Assembly: GCF_006345805.1 (NCBI RefSeq)
Contig: NC_043012.1
Span: 14,756,001-14,820,000 of the forward strand
Direction of reading: 5' to 3'
From: Octopus sinensis
Lineage: Eukaryota
Length of the DNA: 64,000 nt
Shown here: one piece after another, positions 38,468 to 51,223 of the stretch
Layout: every line of letters starts with the position of its first letter
How positions within the stretch are numbered: position 1 is the stretch's first letter
Translations under genes and position numbers: made by a program
The notes under the pieces: generated by a model
Seen by the model: only the letters and a program-made list of their open reading frames with translations
Database searches by the model: none
Told to the model about the DNA's origin: nothing

Positions 38468-38899
38468 TAGGATATTACGAGGCGGGAGGGTGCTAAAGGG
38501 GATAGTCGGAATGAGGCAGTGTCAGGAGGAAGCATAGATCGGTGGGCAGTTGATGAGCTATGGCGCTAGCAGCTTGTCTTTTCACAGTGAAAGCATATGA
38601 GGAGAAGGGGTAGTGGGGGGAGGGGGAGGGAGTAGGGCGTACCCGGTGTAGATGAGTAAGGCGTATCCGGTGTAGATGGTGAGGACAGGGTATACTGGTA
38701 TTGGTGGTGGGAGGTGAGGACAGTGTTCACCGGTATTGGTGGTGGGGGTGAGAACAGTGTTCATCGGTATTGGTGGTGGGGGTGGGGGGCGGCGCACCGC
38801 CAATGGCTGAAAGATGGGAAGAGATGGGAAGAGATGGGAAGAGATAGGATTACGGCTTGAGGTAGCCTGGCCTAAATATATATATATATCTCGCCATGA

Positions 38900-39080
38900 T
38901 AGATCGCTAGCCACTACACATTCTTTATTTTTTCTCCATGTTTCTTTCTGTGTTCCTTTCTGTTGAAGAGCATAGGCCCAGACTGTTAAAAACTTTTCCA
39001 CTTCCCGAGCGTAATACTAATACATCTGTTTGTTGTTTACACCACCCGTCTTCGTCTTTTGTTTTTCTGTGAATTCTCCC
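38900..39080 (+). mobile_element. HHR element family D, decayed core
   Basis: Colinear with 30695-30872; cttt-CTGTTGA-a-gagc(atag)gccc-AGAC (GAAA lost). Confidence 0.7.
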
Positions 39081-39106
39081 TATATATATATATATATATA
39101 TATATA

Positions 39107-39341
39107 CTTTATTTTAAGCAGCAGAAAATTCAACAAAATCTGTTACTCTGAGTTTCTCGTTGCCGTTCATCAGACAGTTTTTGCTAGATTCTAGCAAAAA
39201 CTGTCTGATGAACGGCAACGAGAAACTCAGAGTAACAGATTTTGTTGAATTTTCTGCTGCTTAAAATAAAGCATATTATCTACCACTGGTATTTGAGTAC
39301 TCTTTTTTCCAACCTTGTTTCACATTTATGTGTTTACTCCG

Positions 39342-39344
<3 letters not shown>
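39107..39344 (+). mobile_element. Perfect 165-bp palindrome plus tail HHR element in (TA)n; HHRs at 39201-39238 (+) and 39140-39177 (-)
   Basis: 82-bp arms 39107-39271 around t39189; ctgt-CTGATGA-acg(gcaa)cga-GAAA-ctcagag-TA-acag. Confidence 0.85.
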
Positions 39345-39408
<64 letters not shown>

Positions 39409-39450
39409 TTATTTTCTCTCCTTGTTTCTTTCCGTGTTCCTTTCTGTGGA

Positions 39451-39484
<34 letters not shown>

Positions 39485-39792
39485 AATATAATATATTAAG
39501 ATTCAGGTGAATAAGGCACTTAAATGGTAAGGCACCTGGTTGGGTCAAAGTTAAAATGCATACACAGCAACTATAGATGAATACAAACATTAATACCAAA
39601 GATATTCAGGTTATATACACAATGAATTGTTCCCAACTGACTATGTTTTCAGCCCTTGGGCTAATCCAGAAATGCACATTGTATTAAATATATATTCCAC
39701 AATATACTTCAAACACATGAGGGGCAGGTTCCAAGAGAAGTGAATCATAAATAAATGAATAAATAACAAATGTTTGTTATTTATATATGTAG

Positions 39793-40158
39793 GTGCAGGA
39801 GTGGCTGAGTGGTGAGTAGCTTGCTTACGAACCGCATGGTTCTGGGTTCAGTCCCACTGCATGGCACCTTGGACAAGTGTCTTCTACTATAGTCTTAGTG
39901 GATTTGGTTGACGGAAACTGAAAGAATTTCGTTGTATATATATATAAATGTGTGTGTGTGTGCTTGTGTCCCCCCGACCATTGCTTGACAGCTGATGTTG
40001 GTGTGTTTATGTCCCTGTAACTTAGCGACTTGGCAAAAGACCGATATAATAAGTACTAGGCTTGCAAAGAATAAATCCTGGTGTTGATTTGTTCAACTAA
40101 AAGGCAGTGCTCCAGCATGGCCACAGTTAAATGACTAAAACCAGTAAAAGAATAAAAG
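39793..40158 (+). mobile_element. tRNA-head SINE (type A), near full length
   Basis: Colinear with 32878-33280. Confidence 0.8.
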
Positions 40159-40448
40159 TATGTGTGTGTGTGTGTGTTTAATTGAAAAGGGGTTAAGAAT
40201 TCATACAAATCAAAGGTTAGAGTTAAAAAGTAAAGGTAGAAACAGCATGAAAGTATTCTTCTACCTGTTTCAGTTATTTTGACTGTGACCATGCTGGAGC
40301 AATGCCTTTAATCGAACAAATCGACCTCAGGAATCATTCTTTGTAAGCATAGTACTTATTCTATTAGTCTCTTTTGCTGAACTGCCAAGTTACGGGGACG
40401 TAAATACCATATGGTGGAGGACAAACATGGACACACACACATATCATA

Positions 40449-40494
<46 letters not shown>

Positions 40495-40677
40495 CATTTT
40501 TTTACATTTTCCTGGTACATCCATTTGCACAGACAGTTTCAAATCAGACTGGAGTTATTTATTAATGACATTTACTCTCTGTAATGAATTTCTGTTTCTC
40601 ACTCCTCCTTAACTCGCTACATACATTTGCATCTATACACACACGTGTATATATGTATACATACATATATACACACG

Positions 40678-40873
40678 TGTGTGTATCGTTGGTGATTTTC
40701 TTTCTCCGTCTTCCCTTCTTCGGATCGTTCCTTTTTCTATGTTTCTGACGAAGAGCTCTGCTCGAAACCTTAAGTCCTCCTTCTTTCTTTCCTTTCCTGA
40801 GCGTCCAACAACACTTTGCTTGTTCCACGTCTTCACGTTGCTGCGCTTTCTCTTTGTTCATGTTTGGATTAAC
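40678..40873 (+). mobile_element. HHR element family B; HHR at 40741-40775
   Basis: gttt-CTGACGA-a-gagc(tct)gctc-GAAA-cc-TT-aagt; homologous to 1666-1860. Confidence 0.7.
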
Positions 40874-41048
40874 TATGTATACATACATACACACATACAG
40901 ACATGCACATACATACATATACACACACATACGTATGCATATGCATACATACACACATATGCATACGTGTGTGTCTGTTTCAGTCTATATTTCTTTGTCT
41001 CTCACTTGTTCTGACTGTCTGTCTCTTCCTGTTTCTCTCTCTCTCACA

Positions 41049-41119
<71 letters not shown>

Positions 41120-41483
41120 ACACACATAGATTTTCTGCACAAGAACTAGGAGTGACAAAACTATTTACTCCAAAGGCATGTCTGTTATTTAAGCTATTCA
41201 ATTCTATAGAAGCATTTGAATATTTGGAGAGCAATCAGTCTTCAATCCAGTCTATTATCCTCACTCTGTTGTAAGTAAACATCAGTTAAAAGACTGGTGC
41301 AATGCCCTCCAGTGGTAATGTCTGTAATTATTAATAAATACGAATTGTGTGGGCTTATTCTTACGTCTTTGATGTTGCCCGTATGATTGGAGAGCAAAAT
41401 GAATAGCTGAAACGACACAGATGCTCTTGCTCTCATTGGAAAAAAGAAAAAAAGCATGGAAGTATCACTGATACATTGAACTT

Positions 41484-41700
41484 GCATGGTTATAGTTGTT
41501 CAGCCCTAGGCCAGTCCTAATCAAGCAGATCCATGATCAAAACACCCTAACTTTAACTAGTATGGTTATAGTTGTTGTTCAGCCCCAGGCCAGACCTAAT
41601 CAAGCAGACCCATGATCAAAGACACCCTAACTTTAACTAGTATGGTTATAGTTGTCGTTTAGCCCCAGGCCAGTCCTTAACGAGCAGACCTATGACCATA
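41484..41700. repeat. About 80-bp tandem repeat, about 2.7 units
   Basis: atggttatagttgt...cagccccaggccag...aagcagaccc at about 41486, 41561 and 41641. Confidence 0.85.
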
Positions 41701-42024
41701 ACCATCTTATCTTTGCTAACATAGTTATTTCAGACTATCTTACTCTATATATAACTTCTCTTTGTTAAAATAGCTAGCATGTGATTTAAGAGAGATTTAG
41801 TTGCTATTTTCAGCAGGTCAAGTGACTCCATATAGACTTCCTCATTAATTTACAATTAGTCTGTTTGTGTAGCAAGGTGCCACCTGCAATTATCAGTGCT
41901 GCTGTACAATTACCTGCTACTATTAGGATAAAAATGTCAAATAAGGAACAGGTCAGGAAGTTTGCATCCCAAACACATGGTTCCAGGTTCTCTCTCACTG
42001 CATGGCACCTTGGGCAAGTGTCAT

Positions 42025-42327
42025 CTACTGGCACCTGTGCCGGTGGCATGTGTAAAAAGATTCGAGCGAGGTCATTCCCAGTACCGTCTGACTGGCCCCC
42101 GTGCCGGTGGCACATAAAAAGCACCCACTACACTCTCGGAGTGGTTGGTGTTAGGAAGGGCATCCAGCTGTAGAATCTCTGCCAGATCAAGATTGGGGCC
42201 TCATGCAGCCATCTGGTTCGCCAGCACTCAGTCAAAACCGTCCAACCCATGCTAGCATAGAAAACGGACGTTAAGCGATGATGATGATGATGATGATGAG
42301 GATGATGATGATGAGGATGATGATGAT
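42025..42327 (+). mobile_element. SINE family C with long (ATG)n tail, nested in a type A SINE
   Basis: Type A sequence stops at about 42025 and resumes at about 42330. Confidence 0.8.
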
Positions 42328-42389
42328 ACCTCCAGGCCAACCCAAGTGGATTTGGGAGTCAGAACCTGAAAGAGACCCATTGTGTATAA

Positions 42390-42459
<70 letters not shown>

Positions 42460-42540
42460 TGGTGTGTGTGTGTGTGTGTTAGTGTTTGTGTTTGTGTGTG
42501 TGTGTGTGTGTGTGTGCATGTGTGTGTGTGTGTTAGTGTT

Positions 42541-42573
<33 letters not shown>

Positions 42574-42623
42574 TAGTGTGTGTGTGTGTGTGTGTGTTGT
42601 GTGTGTGTGTGTGTGTGTGTGTG
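42390..42623. repeat. Long (TG)n microsatellite
   Basis: Direct reading. Confidence 0.95.
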
Positions 42624-43427
42624 AGTATCATACAGGTGAGGGTTGGTTATTGGAAGGGCATCGAGAAGTAGAAAATCAACCTTGCCCCTGAAAGAAATTC
42701 TGTCTGATCCATGCAAGTATGGAAAAGAGGATGTTAAAAGGATAATGAGGAGGATGACGACGAGGAAGGGAGAAATTAGAAGCCGTTGAAGCTGAACGAC
42801 ATCTAAGTCTCAGAGTTTGTAAGAGTGGCTTCATCAGAGTAAGACGTAATGAGCATGAATTTTGATAACCAGTGAGTGCATGTTTATGCAGGATTGGTGT
42901 TTAGTTATAGGTGAGCGTGTATGCATGTGCACAGGTCTGTGTGAACATGTGGAAAGCAGCACATGTATGTGTATTCAGGTATCTGAACATCTGTAGATAT
43001 ATATAAATTATACACCCCCACCACCCAGCCACACATTGCCAAAATACTTGTCTGGTTCGTTAGTGACTAAAATGGTAAGCGTAAGACTGAAATACCTTCA
43101 GGTATTTAGCTTTGAATTCTCTACAGCCTGAGGTAAGCAAATTAATTACTAAGCTTGTGATAGGTCGATTCAATTTGGCCTTGTGTCGCTTTTAGAGATC
43201 AATATTACTAATGTATAATTAGTTAAAATGGCTTTATATAATCAGGGCAACAACAAGTGCAGGCGAGCTGTGTAGATAAGAGGTTTGCTTCACAATGAAC
43301 TAGTTCTGAGTTCACTCCCACTGCACTGCATCTAGGGCAAGTAGCTATTACTATAATACCAGACTAACCTATAGCTTGTAAGGGAATTTGGTTGATGGAA
43401 ACTGTGTGTAGAAGCCTGTTCTGTGGC

Positions 43428-43465
<38 letters not shown>

Positions 43466-43468
<3 letters not shown>

Positions 43469-43624
43469 AGAGTTTACGAAAAAAACAAAAGACGAAGACA
43501 GGTGGTGTATAAAACAAACAGATGTATTAGTATAACGCTCAGGAATAGAAAAAGTCTTTTACGTTTCGAGCCTACGCTCTTCTACAGAAAGGGACACAGA
43601 AAAAAAAACAAGGAGAGAAAAAAA
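43466..43624 (-). mobile_element. HHR element family D in (TA)n; HHR at 43556-43591 (-)
   Basis: Reverse complement cttt-CTGTAGA-a-gagc(gtag)gctc-GAAA-cg-TA-aaag. Confidence 0.75.
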
Positions 43625-43994
43625 GGATATATATATATATATATCATCATCATCATCATTTAATGTCCATATTCCATGCTGGCATGGGTTGGACAGTTTC
43701 ACAAGAGCTGGCCAGCTGAAGGGCTATCTGGACTCCATGTCTGTTTTGACATGGTTAAAACAGTTGGATGTTCTTCCTAACGCCAACCACTTTACAGAGT
43801 GTACTGGATGTGTTTGTGCGGCACTGGCATAAGTGCTTTTTATGTGGCATTGGCACCTATGAGCCTGCAAGATTAGGAATGCCCAGCTAAAGAGGAATGT
43901 AGGGGACACGTTGGTATGCAAGGACAACCACAATTTTACTTACCTTGACATGTCTCCTCAAGCACAGTAAACTGCCATAATATATTAAATATAC

Positions 43995-44066
<72 letters not shown>

Positions 44067-44409
44067 AAATTTAATTAGAGGATGTGTAAACCTCATGAAG
44101 GTGGTGGGGTGGGAGAAATTGGGTTAAAATAGTGGCGGCAGCCATTAAGTTGCTGACAAAATGGATGAATTGTTGAGGTTGCCAAGGAAAACTGTTGCAT
44201 TAAATATTTAGGAGAGACATAGAAGTGGTCAATAATTCTGCTTTGACTTTGTTGATATTTTGTATGTCATATCTATTATAGCTAGCACACAAATGATCAA
44301 ATGTTCACATGCTGAAGTTTTATATTGAAAAGGAAGCCAGAGGCTGGAAGCTGGGGGGAAAAAAACACAGTGAAGGCAGTCAGAGAGTTAATAAGAAACA
44401 AAAAGCTTG

Positions 44410-44823
44410 GGATCTTTTTGGTTTGAACGGCAGTTTTTTCTAGCGGTGTCATATGAAATTATCACCCATGATTATGACCCTAGTATCAATCTATTGCATT
44501 TCAATCTGTTTTAGAGTTAAGGTTAGGGGTGGGGAGGGTATTTTTTTTCTTCAGAAATGTAAATAAACCCAATCTATTTCTTAAACGAGGGACATATTCA
44601 TACGGCACAGAATATTTTCACCTCAATAGAAGTCATTGATTGGTTAAAATTGCAGAAATTGAAGAAAAAAACAACAACAAATATCTTACAAACTACAGAA
44701 TTTTCTCAATAAAGCCAAGAGAAAAAGATGTTTTATAAACACATTCTACCAGTATACGAAGTTTAAAATTTTTTAGTTACCTAGAAATTATGTTAAAAAC
44801 TGCCGTTCAAACCGAAAAGATCC
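44410..44823. mobile_element. MITE with about 30-bp TIRs and 8-bp TSD AAAGCTTG (Merlin- or hAT-like)
   Basis: aaagcttg|ggatctttttggtttgaacggcagttttt ... aaaaactgccgttcaaaccgaaaagatcc|aaagcttg. Confidence 0.88.
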
Positions 44824-45939
44824 AAAGCTTGCTTAGACATCGCCATTACTTAGCAGTTCGGCAAAAAGATACTTTCTCTTTTACTTGCTCCAGTCATTAG
44901 ACTGCGGCCATGCTGAGGCACTGCCTTGAAGAATTTTTAATCAAATGAATCAACCCCAGTACTTATTTTTTAAACCTAGTACTTATTCTATTAGTCTCTA
45001 TAGCTGAACTGCTAAATTATGAGGATATAAACACACCAATGCCAGTTGTCTAGCAGTGGTGGGGGACAAATAAAGACACAAACACATACACACACATGAC
45101 AGGCTTCTTTCAGTTTCCGTCTATCAAATCCACTCATAAGGCTTTGGTTGGCCTGAAGCTATAGTAGAAGACACTTGCCAAAAGTGCCACACACTGGGAC
45201 TGAACCTGGAATCATGTGACTGAGAAGGAAGCTTGTTACCATACAGTCATGCCTGCACTTATATATATATATATCATACATGCATATGCACACACACGCA
45301 TATATATGCGCTCACACATATTCTCATGTATTTCCCCTTTTCCTCCTCCCACGACCGCATGGGTCGGACTGTTTGTCCTGATCTTAAGTTAGTTCTTACT
45401 CAGAGTTGCTGTCCTTCGAGACCGGTAGGAAAAAACCATGTCTTGTACTATTTTTGCTTTGGATTTTATGTCTAGATGCCCTTTGTAAATAGCAACCACT
45501 TCACAGAGTGTTCTGGGTGCATTTTAAAAATCAACCTAGCAATAGAAAGGTTGCAACATCAGTGCAAGTCTAAAAATTCCTATCAGCCCTGTGTTTTACG
45601 TATGTATAGAACTGTGTGTGAGTAAGTAAAGTTTCATTCTTGAGTCATAAAAAAGAACAAATATAAAGGTTCATTTATTCCTAATACTAGTGTCGTAAAG
45701 AGTTAATTAGTTGACTATTCGTTATTAGATGAACCTTATTGACCCCAGGTCGAGATGATGGGAGTTAAACAGGATTTGTGAGATTGATGCTAAGGGATTA
45801 GTAGTGTCAGTGATGATGAATTAAAGCTGCGTCAAAGGTTTAAACATGATTTTCATCATTTAATAAATAAATGAATGAAATATAAAGAAAAAAAAGCAAA
45901 ACAGGACTTATTGGGATGCATTTTGGGCTATGTATATGC

Positions 45940-46118
45940 ATGGTTGTGTGGTAAGAAGTTTGCTTCCCAACCACATGGTTCCAGGTTCAGTCCCACTGCA
46001 TGGCACTTTGGGCAAGTTTCCTCATCTATAGCTCAGGTCAACCAAAGCCTTGAGAGTGGATTTGGTTGACAGAAACTGAAAGAAACCCATTGTGTGTGTG
46101 CATATATATATATGTATG

Positions 46119-46172
<54 letters not shown>

Positions 46173-46437
46173 CACATATACATACATATATACATGTATG
46201 TATGTATGTATGTGTGTGTCTTTGTGTATGTGTTTGTCCCCAACCACCACTTGACAACCGGTGTTGGTGTGTTTATATCCCCATAACTTAGCAGTTCAGC
46301 AAAAGAACCAATAGAATAAGTACCAGGCTTTACAACAATAAAAAAATAACAAGTCCTGTGGTTGATAAGTTCAACTAAAATTCTTCAAGATGATGCCCCA
46401 GCATGGCCGCAGTATATTGACTGAACCAAATAAAAGA
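45940..46437 (+). mobile_element. tRNA-head SINE (type A) with expanded internal (TA)n
   Basis: Colinear with 32878-33280; an inverted copy lies at 44878-45255. Confidence 0.8.
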
Positions 46438-46460
46438 TGGAAGATTAAGATTACTTTAGA

Positions 46461-47211
46461 CAAATGGTTCTCAACTGGGGTCCGTATGGTCATATGGCCC
46501 CTGAGGGTTCATATAAGATTTTTAGGAGTCTACGCTACAAAATAGTAAATTGAGGATCCACAATAGTATTTTAAGGGTCCCTGGAAAAATTTTGAAATCA
46601 TGAATTTGTAGAACTAGGATTAATTTAGACCTTAATAATGGAAGGCTGTAGACTGGTGACTGATGACGGTACCGCCTGATTGGCACTCATGCCAGTGGAA
46701 CGTTAAAAGCACCATTCGAGCGTGATTGTTGCCAATATCGCTTTACCGGCACGTGCTGGTGGCATGTGAAAAACAACATTCGAGCATGGTTGTTGCCAGA
46801 ACCACCTGACTGGACCTCTTGCCTGTGGCACGTAGAAAGCATCCACTACACTCTTGGAGTGGTTGGCGTTAGGAAGAGCATCCAGCTGTAGAAACTTTGC
46901 CAGATCAGATTGGAGCCTGGTGCAGCCTTCTGGTTTGCCAGTCCTCAGTCAAACTGTCCAACCCATGCCAGCATGGAAAGTGGACGTAAAACGATGATGA
47001 TGATGTATGTATTGGTATGCATTGCAAAAAACAACTAGATTTTTTCTCTCTAACATTATACATAGTTCAACCTACACAAGTTGATGTGCAAGAAACAAAA
47101 TAGGAAATTTTGAAAGAAGTATCTGTAAAACTAGCTTTTATTCTGGTCCACCAGAATAAAATAGTTATCAAAGGGGTTCATAGATAAAAAAAAAAAATGG
47201 TTGAGAATCCG
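46461..47211. mobile_element. hAT-like MITE with nested SINE family C (about 46660-47005)
   Basis: caaatggttctcaac ... ggttgagaatccg ends, tttaga on both flanks. Confidence 0.6.
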
Positions 47212-47917
47212 TTTTAGACCCTTTTCTGATGCTGGTGCAAAAGTATTAGTGGTGTTAGTGGATAAAACTGAGTCAGAGATTTAAATATGCTTGTCACTAT
47301 TTTAATAATTAAATGAATGAAATATAAATATAAAGAAAAGCAAGGTTTACATCTGCAATGGCGTTTTGAGCTAAGTATGCATCACTTTAGATCCATTTCA
47401 AGATCAATGCAACACTCTAAGCTACTTATTAAAATAGTAAAGCTTTCAGATTAATTGTTGGAGAAAATATTTGGTTGAATTTTCACTTGTTTCCTCTGTA
47501 GTTTAGGATTAATTCTAATGTATGTAATCCCTTGTTAGTTTTTAATTATCGTCCAAACATTTGCTTTCTGGAATGGCACATGCACACCCACCGCTCTACT
47601 TGTAAGTTTCAACTTTAAATAGGATTTACACCTGTGTAAGCGAAGCCTTTTGATTACTTAAACTATGCTGCCTTTATGAATTACACTCTGATTACACTTG
47701 TCTGAGGATTTATATCAATGTTAATGTCATTATTCCAGGTTTAGTTTGCTAATTTCACATCTGCTGTTACAGAAAGTTCTGCCAAGGAATCAGCAACTCT
47801 TTAGCACAGTCCTTACAGGGAAGGCATGGATTTATACAGTTTGTTTTTTGTGGGGTTCTGTCAGGCTGTGGACTTCTAGAAATACTAAAACACAATACAT
47901 TATATTCTAAGTATACT

Positions 47918-48140
47918 TATTTCTTTACTACCCACAAGGGGGAGAGGACAAACAAGGACAGACAAACGGATTAAGTCGATTATATCGACCCCAATGCATA
48001 ACTTGTACTTGATTTATCGACCCCGAAAGGATGAAAGGCAAAGTCGACCTCAGCAGAATTTGAACTCAGAACGTAACGGCAGACGAAATACTGCAAAGCA
48101 TTTCGCCCGGCTTGCTAACGTTTCTGCCAGCTCTTCCGCC
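47918..48140 (-). mobile_element. tRNA-head SINE (type B) with long TSD
   Basis: ttatattctaagtatact occurs on both sides (about 47900 and 48142). Confidence 0.85.
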
Positions 48141-48190
48141 TTTATATTCTAAGTATACTGTTGAAATAAAATACTGAGATGAATCATTAA

Positions 48191-48406
48191 CCCTTTAGCA
48201 TTTAAACTGGTCATATCCAGCCCAAATATTCTACTTTTTTTATGTTCAAAATGGCCAGATCTGGCCTCTCGCACCTACACTACAATGTCATTTGAAAAAT
48301 AAACAATCACATCATCAAAATCTCAAAGCTATGAGATAATGCATGATTAATTCAGAATAGTATGAATAAGCATTACTTTTAACAGCATAACCTGAACACT
48401 GAATGG
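48191..48406. mobile_element. piggyBac-type MITE (family 2)
   Basis: ttaa|ccctttagca ... ctgaatgg|ttat. Confidence 0.7.
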
Positions 48407-49969
48407 TTATGGTGCTTCTATGTGGCTTCTTGACCTACTAGAAATAGCAAGTGATTTCTTTGAAATCATGTTCTACCATTTTAAAAAAGACACTGGATAA
48501 TGCAATCTGAAGTGTATTATGTGCTATGAAAGACAATATGGTGAATTCTTTTGATCATAGGTCTGCTTGGTCACAACTGGTAAAAGAGTAAAAGATAGGT
48601 CTGCTAGGTCACAACTGGTTTGGTTTGCCTCTTACGTTGTTGATTGATGGTACCCCATATTATTGGTTACCAATTCAGGTAAAATGGTCAGCTGGAAAAT
48701 ATTAAATATTTTTCTTTCTTTATCTTTATAGATATTTTGACTGTGCAACTTAGTTTCTGTTATAGTTTATAAATATAAATCTCTGTCTTCTAGTTTTTGT
48801 AAACCAAACCATCCATCTTTGAAGGTTACAAATTTTCTTGTCTTTTCCCTCGTTGTCTGTTGAAGCATTTTCATTTTGATTCTTCAATTCCATATGGAAA
48901 TTAAATATAAAAATTAGAGCAGTTCAACTCCAGAGTAGGATGTCACCCCGTCAATCAAAATTGGACAACATTCAGTTCCTTGGCTTGTGGTATGGATTGA
49001 ACCTGAAAGTTGTAATGTAGGACCTTTACTTCACAGCTATCATAAGAACACCACACTCTATGCAAAGAAAGTATTAATCATTCTCTCTCTCTCACTCTTT
49101 AATATTTGATATGGACTTTTAATAATAGTGTTCTAGTTTATCTATAGAAAATAAAAATCACTATGGTTTTTCCAATTAAGTAGAAACAAAAAGAAAATTT
49201 CTCGTTATCAGGTTGTGTAGTTTTCCACTACCAGTTCAGCTCATGAAACTGATGATAAACAAACAAACAAACAACATTATTATGGATAGTCGATAAATGT
49301 AGAATCGTTAGCTATTTTTGTCTTGTCCATTGATCCATTGCGTTTCCTGACGGATGATAACATAAGTCTAACAGGATTATCCCCGACAAGTATTTTAGAT
49401 TAATATCTTGGGTTAAATACAGTTTTACAAGACTCAGCAAATTAAGATGTCATTTTACTGATATTTTATCAGTAGTCATGAAAACTTTGCTGATGGGAGA
49501 TATTATTAAATTGCTATAAGTATCTTTTAAGTAGATGTTAACCTAACTAAGATCTCAAGGATGATGTTTTGTAGCTGGCATTAAATGGAGGCGTATTGCA
49601 TATCAATTTTTTTCCTGTCAGATTAATGGAACTTATTCCCTTCAGGGCTCAGGTTAGATTTGTTCCAGTTTTACCAAGCAAATACCATTCATGATGAGTA
49701 TCACTTATTCTTGGAGCTTTTTTGTTGTTGTATGTCAAATTTATGACATTTAAACATTTCTTGTAAGGTAATGGAGAAGGTGTGGTTACGAAATCATATG
49801 TATGCATGTGTGTCTATAAGTAAGTGTTTCACATGCGTTTTTTTTTCTGTAATGGTATTGACAAATATCAATATTTAAATATAGGTATTTTACAAACCAA
49901 AGCTTTGTGAGTGGGTTTTAGTTGATAGAAACTTAAAGAAACCGTTCATAAATATAAATAAATATATGT

Positions 49970-50675
49970 ATATTGTTGGCAGATGACAGTTGTCTGCTGT
50001 GGATGCTGGAGCTGCCAGATCACATGATTTCGATGTACTGTGTCTCTTCAGTGACAGCTGCCTGCTCACCACATGTGGGATTTGGTTAGTATGCAGTGAT
50101 TGGGTAACTGTCACTGAAAAGACTCAGTAGATTGAAATCCGTGATCTGGCAGTTCTGGTGCTTATAGCAGACAACTCTTGTCTGCCAACAATATAAATAT
50201 GTGTGCTTCTATGCACCATGCATGAGAAGAACTCTCAAGTCAAATACCACAGTATTCAGTATTCTAACAAAACGTCCACTTTAAATTGGATACAAGGTTT
50301 GCCTTTTGCTATAATTACTGCTTCTGTTGCTAATAAAAAATTTTTTTAATAAACCCACTGGCTATTTGTGACATCAGTGCTTGGAAAGTCACTGTACTTC
50401 TATATATCATTGGCAGTGAGATTTAACTGGTATGCAGCAAATGGAAGTCTGTTACTGAAGAGAGACAATATGTTGAAATCATGTGATGTAGCAGTTTTGG
50501 CACCCAAAGCAGACTATTCTCATTCGCCAATGATATGAATATGGGTGCTTTTATGCCTTATATGACCATGTGAGAGGAACTCTCAAGGCAAATACTGCAA
50601 TATTCAGCATTCCTGCAGAACATTTACAGCTGAATATGAATATGAATATTGCCTATTGCTTCTGTTGCTAATAAT
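49970..50675 (+). mobile_element. Older HHR element: inverted head (49970-50194) plus about 345-bp tandem repeat; HHRs at 50013-50056 (-), 50109-50151 (+) and 50449-50494 (+)
   Basis: Minus copy tgtca-CTGAAGA-gacacagtacatc-GAAA-tcatgtga-TC-tggca; accatg..gaactctcaag..aaatac repeated at about 50215 and 50565. Confidence 0.7.
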
Positions 50676-51164
50676 ACTGTGTAACCCGAATTTTGTCCTT
50701 GGGTAGCAACTGTTATTTCCTATTTGCTTACCCCTGGAAAGTATGAGAAATGGCTAATATTTCCTTCAAACTTTGCTTTTGTTACATTTCTTCAAACCCC
50801 AAGGAATCGCTCTCAGCACATTGCTATGATGCTCTCCGTCTACTCCTTCTCATGATCAGAGATGCACATACTCTCACCCACTAAGGGACATGCTCAAGTG
50901 GTTGTGATCAAATAACTGACAAGCAAATCTGTGGTACTGAGCAGAAGATTTGCCATAACGATATTTCTGCTTCAGCAACTCAGCACTTAATCTGTCTGAA
51001 ATGTAATGGAAAATAGGTCAGTTTCAAAAGATTGATGTCCAGATAAGAAAAGCAAAATTTGAAGGGAATTGTAGTCATTTCCTTTGATTTCTAAAGAGAG
51101 GCAAATAGGAAATAACACTTACTGACCAAAGACAGTAAAAAAAAAAATTTTGTTACACAGTGTT
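50675..51164. mobile_element. Long-TIR MITE (Tc1-like, TA-flanked) carrying a piece of the 5372-5932 element
   Basis: actgtgtaac...tatttcctatttgc..cttcaaactttgctttt versus aaaagcaaaatttgaagg..gcaaataggaaata...gttacacagt. Confidence 0.6.
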
Positions 51165-51177
51165 ATTATATATATAT

Positions 51178-51223
<46 letters not shown>

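Noticed and set aside
43127-43132. 6-nt microexon candidate (ctacag|cctgag|gtaagc)
   Set aside because: Lies in what looks like a decayed type B SINE core, with a short pyrimidine tract and no other support
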